Positions 24,872 to 34,904 of a stretch of 34,904 nucleotides of DNA are shown piece after piece. This DNA is from Polymyxa betae A26-41. Its lineage: Eukaryota > Protista > Endomyxa: Phytomyxea. Within the stretch, counting starts at the first letter, position 1, and the number at the start of each line of letters is the position of its first letter. Location: NCBI GenBank assembly GCA_003693705.1, contig RBZT01000791.1, positions 1-34,904 of the forward strand, given 5' to 3'. The position numbers were made by a program, and so were the translations under genes. Below the pieces are notes generated by a model. The model made no database searches. It saw nothing but the letters and a program-made list of their open reading frames with translations, and was not told the DNA's origin.

Positions 24872-25235
24872 CGATGCAGAATCCGACTTCGTTGGGCTGC
24901 GGCTCTCGATCAGATGTTCAGACTGACTCGATGGGGGAGACCGCTGGGCGGGTCGCGCAGCACAATGAGAACAGCGTGGACCGCAGGGTCAGTCTGATCT
25001 CTCACAGTCGGAACCCAGTGTGATTTAACCGACCCGGTCGCCGTTCGGGATCTGGTCGCGAAGGACGGTTTTCGCGGAATTCGCATTACCCTGAATGTCC
25101 AACGAATAGTTTAGTTCTCCGTCGAGATGCTGGAAAAGGGCTGCTCGATCACAGAGGCTGTCCCTGGCAGAGCGTAGTAACAGACCAGCCTCAGCGCTGC
25201 CCTTCGGACAGATTCAGCCGAAAATCGAGCAGAAT

Positions 25236-25282
25236 TTTGGTTTGAATACTGAATCGAATTTGGTTTGAATACTGGATCGAAT
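25236..25282. repeat. Two-copy 23 bp tandem duplication
   Basis: TTTGGTTTGAATACTG(A/G)ATCGAA twice. Confidence 0.9.
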
Positions 25283-26232
25283 GCTCTCTGCTTAAGTTTT
25301 GCAGAAGCCGGTGTTCTCGCATTGTATCATTTACGTTTTTCAGATTAACAGACATGATGCCTTGTAAGAGATTTTGATCAGCCAGACCACGCCTTCAGAT
25401 ATTCCTTCAACTGATCATGACTATAATTCCTTCCGTCCTCGTTATCTATTGAAGAAGTGGAAAAAAGCGAGGTCGTGAAACTTGTCTTCACTTCGATTCT
25501 AGTTTCTGTGATACTCTGCAGGTCCAAGCCATTCAATGAGAAACGACCACAGCCGATTCAGAAGGTATAATAAAGCAAAAGTTTGTGTCATATAACGATA
25601 GTAGCTTTCTTTAAGCTGAATCGGAACCCAGATTCAAAACACGATTCAACTAACGAGTCTCATCGAAGATTATGTTTCATCAAACTCAGCATCTGAGTTT
25701 TAGAGAGCTCTGATGCAATCATTGAGGTCCAATTATTACGTTATAACATAAGCAATGATAAGGAACTCATAGGCAATAATCATAAGTCAAGACTTGCAAA
25801 ATGGAAAGACAGCAAAGCCATGCCTTTCGCATGAAACTTTACAATAATCGTTGTATTGGATCCAGATACAATTTGGATTGCTGACTTTCTTTCGATCCTT
25901 TCCTCAGAGTCATCATTCCAATCACGTTCAGGACTGCTGCGACGTTTCATCGGATGCTTCAGCATCCCTATGATAGCGTTCAGGAGGCATATCCGAACCG
26001 AAATCTCGCTGGTATTGCTGACACAGCATCCTGATAACATCTCTATCAGCGAGAAGTCCCAAACAAAAGCAAATCTATCAACAAGATGGAAAAACTGCGA
26101 CGGTCAGAAAAAGGAAAAAACTCGAAACATTTTTCTTGGAAAAGTTCGCAGAATATGTAATTGACAAACCACTGTTATTTACGAAATCTGAAGATACTTG
26201 CAAAAATCCAGTAAACCCTAGATAAAGTTGTC

Positions 26233-27023
26233 TTACTCCAAGTTGTAGACGCGAACGTAAAGCTCGTCTCTCTGACGTTCGGCGCCGGTCGCCCTCTGCA
26301 GCAGGCATTCTCGCTCCTTGCCGAGCTCAGCCAGGGCCGTCGCCGCGTCCTGCTGGGCCATGGCGCTACAGGCGACGTTGATCCGATTCAGGGCGACCTT
26401 CAGCTGCTCCAACTCCCAGCGAAGATTCGCCACCTGCGACTGGCGACGTTGCAGCTCTTGGCCCAGGACGCTGTTATCGTACTCGAGCTGGGCGATGTAA
26501 TCGTCGGGGGAGTGTACGACTGTCGCCATGACGGGTAAGACATCCCGTGTCATTTGGGTTATTAAGACGCTTGGATTCGAATTCGACTTTTCGTGGCCAT
26601 CAATTTGCGACCCATAAATTCGCATAACTCGGGACAGTTTCGAGGATCGGCCGACGCCCGCTGAACGGCCACGTTTATAGATCGGCCATCCATTTGGTGC
26701 ATATGGGACCATAGAGCGATCTTGGTGCTTGAAGCGCTTTAGAAGATCAGATCGTGGATCAGAAGTGAATGCAGCAATCAATGGACCCATACCCATTCGG
26801 ACCCATTCGGAATGGACCCCCTCGGAATGGACCCATCGGAATCTAATCGTGACTCAATGGGCGGTGTCAATGGGGGATTTGAATATCGACTCCGCCTATC
26901 AATCATCAGGCACTTCGCATCATCGAATGACCTGTCGAATAAAAGCTGCTTGAGTCCCATCAACTTCTCTTCAGATAAGTGAGCAGGCGGTGCTGTGAAA
27001 TCGGCTCTTGTGGTTGCCGCCAT
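26233..27023 (-). CDS. Orphan coiled-coil protein (5' exon structure uncertain)
   Basis: Heptad-like C-terminus YIAQLEYDNSVLGQELQRRQSQVANLRWELEQLKVALNRI in ORF 26233-26796. The upstream ORF 26778-27041 ends near a GTATGG donor. Confidence 0.6.
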
Positions 27024-27424
27024 TCCTCCACAGAACTTCACACATCGAAATCTGGCTTATATGCTGGATCAATACAAGACAGTGCGGCCCATCTTTCAGC
27101 AGGACTTTTCAAGTGATTTATTGCCTGTCTTGTTAGATTTGCTGACATCAAATGCCAATTTCCTTTGGCAATCTCATGGGAATAACCACGTGAGTCTTGA
27201 CGCCAATGCATCGGTATGCAGGCTCTATATTGACAATTGAAGTGTTGTAGCGCGTTTTGTGCTCGTTTATACGTGCATCGAACAATGACGAGCTCAGCAG
27301 TACTAAAGTGTTAACAATTAGCTATCAGAATGTTAGCAAAGGCGGCAGAAGCTTTGTAGTTGATCCATTGCCGAAACGGCTTTTGTGTGCCTTCTAAACC
27401 TGAAGGCTCCATCCTGACTTGTCG

Positions 27425-27485
27425 TTTGATGAACACCAGGAGGGGGCAAGATTATTTGATGAACACCAGGAGGGTGACAAGATCA
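27425..27485. repeat. Two-copy ~30 bp tandem duplication
   Basis: TTTGATGAACACCAGGAGGG..CAAGAT.A twice. Confidence 0.9.
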
Positions 27486-27812
27486 TCTCTGATCATTAAG
27501 GTAACTTGATTATCACTACCTGCTATGTTTGCGAAGCATATCAAACTTCTTAGGAGCTAAAATTGCACACGTTTATTCATAACAGCAATACATTTAGTAA
27601 GGAATGATACAAATCTGATGGTAGCGCCGTTTTGAAGATTTCGTGGCGCAACTTTTTCAAACAAATTTCCGGGTTGGGATCAGCAGCTCATCACAGAACG
27701 GCCCGACTAGGAGGAGACCCTGACAAGGTCTCGGCAGACTGATCGGCAATCTGCATCTATCTTGGGGGTGTCTTAAGCAATCTCATCGGTGCCTTTGACG
27801 GCAGTCCATCAG

Positions 27813-27949
27813 ATGAAGCTTATCCCATACAATGCTCCGATGAATATTACCGACGATTTTATAGGAAGACTTTTTCAGACTTCCTAGATCGGTATGACGC
27901 CGCTGGATCTGATCGGAAAACACAACCGCTACATTGACCTACGAGATTA
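27813..27949 (+). pseudogene. 3' (ankyrin) remnant of a third F-box/ankyrin copy
   Basis: IPYNAPMNITDDFI...GMTPLDL aligns to ISYNAPLDIIDDLI...GTTPLHL of 29644-30906. DNA similarity is also visible (CATACAATGCTCCGATGAATATTACCGACGA vs CATATAATGCTCCGCTGGATATCATCGACGA). Confidence 0.7.
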
Positions 27950-28241
27950 AACATCATAAGGTGTCGGCCGACGAGAGCGTCGCTGCCTCTTAGCCGCCGG
28001 GGGTTAAACATCCCTTCTTCGTCGAAGCTGTGATCTGGCAGTAAAGTTTAAACCCTAACATCATAGCGGTCTGGGCCTGGTTGTAATAACCGCAAGCGAC
28101 CTGACACATTGGCAGAGAAATCTGTACAAATGAGGCAGCATCTATGATGGTATCAGATGCAAAGCTCAATGCTATATAAGAGTTCTGGATGGTGAAGAGA
28201 TTGAATGAAGATTATATTTCTCTATACGAATTGCGGACGAG

Positions 28242-29423
28242 ATGATGAGCTCTCCAAGGCTGACGGATCTTCAAGATCAGAAACTCGATCTGATCTATTG
28301 GATGTAGTCTATCTATAACCTCATGCTAACATGTCATCGACATCATCACAATCTCGGATTGCGATTTCTGGTCGAACGTCTCCTACAAACATGTCTCTGC
28401 TTCCAACACAACTGTTGCCGTCTTCTACTAATTCAGATGGTTAACACACTTATACTCCAGCGTACCCTACCGACGATGCTGGATTGACATGCCGAATATC
28501 ATCCCATCAGCAATGCCCCGTCTCTATCCTGGATCAATCAATCCATCATCACCATTATCAGCGATTACTGAAGAGTTTCATTCACGAACTACAGATCGAT
28601 ACATTTGCTGAACTCGCACCTGGTATAATCCTGCACTGTGGGATCCAGTGAGCATCGCCTTCAACGGCCGCTTCTTAAGGCGACAGCAACAGAACTCGCC
28701 CATCTTCCTGAGCCGTACTGCCCCAATCCACAGAAAAGATTCGCCAAGATATTGGTCAGGCGTTCTCGGGATTGCCCTCACGATATTGTAAGCTTCTGGA
28801 AAGATTCGCAAACCGGGCCTGTTTCCTATCCCACACCTATGAATGTCTCTTCGACTTCAGACGTCTCCCATCGTATACTGCGACATCTTCCTTCTCACCT
28901 GTTCAAAGATCCTCTTTGCAATCTACTTCGAATCGGGACCCGATTCAAATTGCATACGTATTTAGAGGACGTCCAGATGACAACCATCAAGCTCCAGAAA
29001 ATCGCTTTATTTCTGGACCGTGTTCGGAATCCCATACACATTGTTTAATCCAAATTGAAGCCCGATATCATTCCTGCCGTACCGAATTCGTTAGCGAATT
29101 GCGCGACGATCGTAAGATTAGCAGTTGGTGAATGCCTCATTATGTGATATTTTCATTTCTATCGTAAGCTGTATACAAACGCCTTTCTGCATATCACCAA
29201 GACCCATGAATTGGACACTCTTGATATCACCATATTACATACCGACATCAGTTACGGAAGCTCCTATTGCTATCATCGATCATTTCGAAATGGGAATCCC
29301 CGATATATCAAAATGCATGGAATGCCGCCGCTGGATTGGGCCAGAACTACCAACATGAGTGTATATCTACAGATGATGGATAAACTTCATAGACCGCCAA
29401 CCATTGCTAGGCAGCGGTTGTGA
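28242..29423 (+). pseudogene. Full-length decayed paralog of the F-box/ankyrin gene
   Basis: MMSSPRLTDL...*SIYNLMLTC...LRFLVERLL, ELAPG, RHLPSHLFKDP...LLRIGTRFKL, ISYG..., GMPPLDWA are collinear with 29644-30906 but carry stops and frameshifts. Confidence 0.92.
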
Positions 29424-29643
29424 TGCATCTCGCTTCGTAGCCGACGTCTTTTGTTTCAACACTGTTGAGCTACGTGATTATCCACATCCTGGTCGCGAAT
29501 TAAGATGGGCAGCGTGCAAGCGATTAGACGACGATGTTATTGAATTCTGTCTGGTATAAGGAGCATCGGAGAGAAAATTCGAATAAATATTGCGGAAATG
29601 AATGAATATTTTGAAATAATATTGTCGTCATGCTTATATAGAG

Positions 29644-30906
29644 ATGGTGAACTTACCAAGGCTGACCGACCTTCCCGACGATATTCTCGAACTCATATCT
29701 GAGACATGTCATTGGAGATCTATCCATAACCTCATGTTAACATGTCGTCGCTATCAGAGGGCTCTTATATTGCGATTTCTGGTAGATCGTCTCCTGGATG
29801 TGTGTCTGCCTCCAGAACGATGCTGCTGTCGGTTAATAACTCAGATGGTCAGCAAACAGATACAATGTCTTAACACTCTGCCTAACGGTGGATCGGACTA
29901 TCAAACCATTCGAGGATTAGTAAGAAGGAAACTATCCTATCAGCAAGCGATCTATATTCTGGACAACTTAAACCTGCACGATTATGATAATCATAGAATG
30001 CGATATTTCATTCACGATCTACATCTCGATATATTCGCTGAAATCGCACCTGGAATGGTCTTGAATTGGTTTTCAATGGGTATCCCATCGCATCACCCTC
30101 AACAGCCTACCGTCGTAAAGGTGTTGGCACTCATGCTCATCCGCCTGCATTGGCCGTACTTCCCCCATTACGACGAGATTCGCCCAGATATTCGTGATGC
30201 GTTCTCGGGATTATCAGCTCCATATTGCGACCTTCTGGAAAGATTTAAAAACCCTTTCTCTTTATTATTTTTTTCTTATGAATGTCTCAGAGTCTTTCGT
30301 GACGTTGCTCATCTGCTACTGAGACGCCTTCCGGACCATCTGCTCAAAGATCCGGATTTCCTTCGCGATCTGCTACGAATTGGTATCAGATTCGAGCTCT
30401 ATTCCTATCTAGACTTTGTCCAGATTACTGCTGAAGAGTTCCGGAAGGTCGCTTTATTTCTGAGCCGCATCAGGACTTCCATCCACGTTGTATTCAATCA
30501 TCTAATCCAAGACGAATCCCGTCATAATCTCATTCCGGTCCTGCTCAGCATCCCCGAACTCGTCAACGAGTTTCGCGACGATCTCGAAATCAGTGAATGC
30601 TTAAATTTCTGCCTACAGTGGCGACATTTCAACCTCTATAGACAGCTATCTGCCAACAGCTCCCTATATATCGCCAACATACAACAGATCGCTGGCAGCA
30701 ATTTGTTACATGCCGCCATCTCATATAATGCTCCGCTGGATATCATCGACGACCTGATTACAAAATACCCAGAAATGGCTCGTCAGAAGGACAGGAATGG
30801 TACGACTCCGTTACATCTGGCTCTGAACAAGCACAAGGATAGCCTCTTTCTACGAATGTTTGGCCAACTGTATCCCGAAGGCAAATTCCATGAAAGCGCA
30901 ATATGA
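29644..30906 (+). CDS. Intronless protein with an N-terminal F-box and C-terminal ankyrin repeats
   Basis: LTDLPDDILELISETCHWRSIHNLMLTCRRY (F-box); GSNLLHAAISYNAPLDIIDDLITKYPEMARQKDRNGTTPLHLAL (ankyrin). Confidence 0.85.
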   Translation: MVNLPRLTDLPDDILELISETCHWRSIHNLMLTCRRYQRALILRFLVDRLLDVCLPPERCCCRLITQMVSKQIQCLNTLPNGGSDYQTIRGLVRRKLSYQQAIYILDNLNLHDYDNHRMRYFIHDLHLDIFAEIAPGMVLNWFSMGIPSHHPQQPTVVKVLALMLIRLHWPYFPHYDEIRPDIRDAFSGLSAPYCDLLERFKNPFSLLFFSYECLRVFRDVAHLLLRRLPDHLLKDPDFLRDLLRIGIRFELYSYLDFVQITAEEFRKVALFLSRIRTSIHVVFNHLIQDESRHNLIPVLLSIPELVNEFRDDLEISECLNFCLQWRHFNLYRQLSANSSLYIANIQQIAGSNLLHAAISYNAPLDIIDDLITKYPEMARQKDRNGTTPLHLALNKHKDSLFLRMFGQLYPEGKFHESAI

Positions 30907-31110
30907 TTGTTATTTCAGTGTTATGTTTCGATTCTGGGCATTATAAAATCTACAAACGGTTTTCTCTTAGAACGAGATATCAATCACAGTTGTTGAAATA
31001 AATCCGATTCAACAATACGATATGATCCAGATCGGCAAATGATACAATGTGCTTCATCAGGGCTGCACTATCGGAATTTATATCGCGCAGAAAAACTGCG
31101 ATGCAATCAT

Positions 31111-31182
31111 GCGGACATCATCTAGTTGGCAGGATACCAGCTTGTGGCGCTGATCACCTGAGTTCGAGTCTCAGTGTCCGCA
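31111..31182 (+). tRNA. tRNA-His(GTG), eukaryotic type
   Basis: Acceptor GCGGACA/TGTCCGC plus A73; no encoded G-1; anticodon loop TTGTGGC; T arm CTGAG-TTCGAGT-CTCAG; downstream T-run terminator. Confidence 0.92.
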
Positions 31183-32798
31183 TCCTTTTTTTTGTGGTCG
31201 ATCTGAATATCCATCAGATCCAGCAGTCTGTCTACCCTGGTTTATCGACGCTCATGATGTATGAGCGGAACTGGAAAGTGCATTGATGTGCAACCGCTCG
31301 ACCTCTGTATCATTGTTACAGTAAATAAAGAAGCTTTTGGCATGCAAGCGAACTGAGAGTAGCTCTGTTCGATTAACACCGTTCTTTGATTAAGCTTTAA
31401 ACTTTCCTTCGTCTTAGATTCTGTTCTTCAGCTTCAACACCTTCAGTTGACTCTTTCTGATCTGCAACCATAATTCTGTCGGCCTTATTCTCCCTGTTCG
31501 TTTTAGTTTATTGTAAATTCGTAACATTTTGATCGGAAATGCGAGTCAGGAACACGCTCGATGATTGAATTTTAACGCTACTATGCAGGCTGTTGCCCCG
31601 AACACGAATCTAATCCTAATTCTTCCAATAGAAGCCACAACGAATCTATAGTTCAGGATCCTCAAGAACAATCCGGAGCTTTCAAACTGACCTATCTCAG
31701 TTTCGCTCTACAGCTAGTTCTTCGAGTTTTCTTGCTGAAGCTCTCCACTCACCACAGATCTATTCAACCAGCATCTATTTCGGTGAATCAATCTTTGGCG
31801 CCGATTAATTTACCTGCATTTCGATTTACCCAGATTTGCCTAGACCTGGCTATATCAATGGAGATAGAACCAAATTTCTTCAATGGTTCTGTCAAGTTGA
31901 GGATTGTACTTATTTGCTGAAATTTCAGATGGACACTATGCGAGTTGGTACAGCTTTGAGGGACGCGATCCTGCTAAGATGGCTGAAGAGGCAGCACGTC
32001 AGCGACACCTCGAGGCAACATACTCTCTCCAGGACTATGCGTTCGAATTTCGGCTTCGGCAGCTTGTGTGCGTGACCTGCAACGGACGGTTGAGAACAAT
32101 TGGGCCGCCCCCTTTGCAACTCCGGCTGGCAAACAGAGACTACCGTCTACGCGAAGTTGTACTGTAAACAGAATTGGCAAGATCATACTCGGGCTAATGA
32201 GAAATCTTCGTAAATTTTGGAAAAAGAAGCGCTTTAGTATCTTACGTAGTTTCTGCATTTTTTTATATGCAGAATAATACTGCAAAGAAAATGCTGGACG
32301 ATATCAGCTCAAATTAGGATCTCGCTCAGCCTACATATAATAATATCGGGTTAATACCTCAGGCCACTGCCATTTGGCATCACATCGGGAGATCCGATAG
32401 GCAGCGTTGACCACAGCAGAGGCGAACGAGAGCGGGATGCAGAGGCGTCGTTCGTGATTGCGATGATAATCAGGCAGCATAATAGCAGGGAAATGATGAC
32501 GAGATACGGCAGCTGTCATATTAATATGAGAGAGAGGGTTCATTCACAGTCAGAGACGTAACCCTTTCACCATCGTTAACGTGACCCGCAGTCCGACAAT
32601 GACAAACCGAACCAAGGAAGGCGGACTACTGTACGAGCCGAATTCGTTCAACGAACTTTACTTAAGAAAATGAAGTTTTCTAACATTGAATAAGCCTGGG
32701 CTGCAGAATCGAAAATGTTTTCATTGCTCTTGTCAAATGTGTAATTTGGATATCTTTGCCAAGGGGATTGTGAGAGCAAAATGTAATTTAGTGAACAG

Positions 32799-34904
32799 CT
32801 ACTCAGCGGCTTCCACATTTCTGTCTTCATCAGTTCCCTCCAGCGGCTGTCCAGCAACTTCCACATTCCCGACTTCATCAGCGACCATGGAAGCTCGGAG
32901 ACAGGCGATGTCGTAAACGCAATCTATCGGCAACGATGCCAGCATGCACGTATGCAAGAGATCTTGGGCATCTTCGAGGTTCTCATGCACCTTCACGATC
33001 CCCTGGCACTTCGACAACAGGACCGGGCGCAGGAGATTCCTCAGGTCGAGGACGCTGATCGTATTCACGCCCACCTGATTCAAAGCGTCGCTGGCCTTCA
33101 CACAGAGCTGATTGAGACGCCTGCCCATTGTGAACGTAAATGACAGAGCCATCTTCTTCTTCACTTTCTGAATACATTGAAGAGCACGATCAAGGAACAC
33201 GTTCGCGATGCCGGCGAATTGATCGCCTTCGTACGCGTCGTACTTGACCTTGAGACGTTCGATGGTCAAGTCCCGAATCCGGTCGAGCAATTCGCTCTCA
33301 TTCTGAAGGAGGATTTTGACGACAACGCTTATATCGGTGATTAATGCAGCCGAGAGCTGTTGAATCCACGAGCCCCGAAAAACCTCAATAATTAGCGATG
33401 TCTCCGTTAGGAATGAGGTCGGGAGACAAACAGCGGAACCATTCAAACCTAGAGAGAAACCACATTAGCAGGCTCTTATGTAACTCAGAAAAAGATTTGC
33501 TAAAATCTAAGCTATTTTCTGATAAAACCGTTCAAACGATTCTGTTGAATTAGCAAACAAACTGATCATATTACTTTCACTGTCATCATTGGACATCTCT
33601 TCAAACATGCTGAATAACGCGAGCCGAATCCTAAACAACAATCAGTATCGGACATCATCTGATTGCAACAACAGCCTACCAGATCTTCTGCCGACCCGGG
33701 ACGTAATCGAGGTGGACCGTCTGATATCAGATTGAAATAGGGAGCGTGTGGGCGTTCATCGATCAGAGCGGCCTCAAGACGTTGTCGCAGATCTTCAACG
33801 ACAGCCTCGCGCAGGTCGTCATCCAGCAGCCTCAACGCCTGCGACGCCTCCCCAACCGCAACGATGCGGATGGCGTCGGTGGCGACATTGAGGAAATGGC
33901 CGATCGTTCCCGGCTCGTCTTCAAGGCCGCATTTCTTCTGCAGCTCGCAGCGCAGAATCGTGGTGACGGTCCCGAGCTGGGCCACGGTCGACTCCAACGC
34001 GCTGGCCGCCTCCGTGATGGGCGAGCGCGCCCCCGGCGCCGCCGTCCGGTAATGCGGCCGCCGCAGCATGAACGAATCCGAGACGATGTTCAACGCGTAC
34101 GAGCTCGTTTGCGTGAACGACGAGAAACTGGCCTCGATGAGGTCCTGGTCGACGCCGGCGAGGGCGGCCGCGTATCTGTCCAACGAATTCTGCATGAACA
34201 GGAGGGCGTCGTGGTCGATGACGTCGACTAGATCGCGTATCGGTTCGCCGCCATCATCAATGCTGTATTCGCCAACAGAATATCTCATCCAGACCAGATT
34301 CCAATAGAGCATCGCGTCCGGATCATCGGACGAAATCTCGAACGGCAGCTCTGCGCAAACACAGCACACAGTCAGACGATTCCATCGCGAACGGACAACG
34401 GGGCGGTCGTACTGGCCAGGCCGGCCTTGTACAGGTCGAGTAGGAGGCGGTGCACGTCGGTGATCGGCTTCTCCTACGAGGACGGTCTCAGCGAAACGTG
34501 CAGTCCGACTCCGGGGAACGGGCGAGTACGACCTCGACCATGGAGCGGACGTAATCGAATAGCATGTGGATCATGCGGCGCGATTTGTCCAGGCGTGGAT
34601 CGCGGGCGTCGTGATCGACGGGGTCGGGCGTGACGGCGACGATCTCGGAGGGCGTCGCCGTCTCTCGTACAGATGATGAACTGCTCGATGGCCGCAATTT
34701 GTCATTTAAATGCTTCTTCTTCTTCTAGATATTCAAATATAAGCCATTGTTGTCTACGGCACGGGCAAGTACGACTTTGGATTTCCTCTTCGATTTCTGA
34801 AACGATTTCGATGACGATGCAGCCGCGTGTGTGATCGTGATCGGGTTATCGGTCGTTGTTTCTGGGGATTCCGAGACCTGGTCGAGGTCGAGAGCGGTGA
34901 ATTG
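32799..34904 (-). CDS. Multi-exon orphan protein, probably helical, 5' end beyond the window
   Basis: Long ORFs 32799-33446 and 33566-34369 plus upstream exons (KKKKHLNDKLRP...RSMVE, EKPITDVHRLLLDLYKAGLA) linked by short GT-AG introns. One junction is unresolved and no domain is recognised. Confidence 0.75.

Noticed and set aside
24960-26230. Possible plus-strand multi-exon gene
   Set aside because: Splice-like sites are present but I could not build a stop-free model or recognise a domain.

Overview
Compact, intron-rich eukaryotic DNA with many 45-60 nt GT-AG introns. A plasmodiophorid-like protist is my inference and is unverified. All exon models are manual. From left to right the window holds: the 3' end of a probable Crypton transposon (GCR1_C) next to a MITE-like element; two tandem secreted DUF4336/metallo-beta-lactamase-fold genes; two genes the ORF track misses because of short exons (a secreted protein with two variant hevein/CBM18 domains, and a Siw14/PFA-DSP phosphatase); proline dehydrogenase; a PHD-TFIIS_M-SPOC protein; CWC22; an intronless bacterial-like DUF488 gene; a divergent Tubby protein; tRNA-Arg(ACG); an orphan secreted protein; a decaying F-box/ankyrin tandem array; tRNA-His(GTG); and further orphan genes. 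The most novel-looking signal is the hevein tandem with a rewired cysteine pattern.
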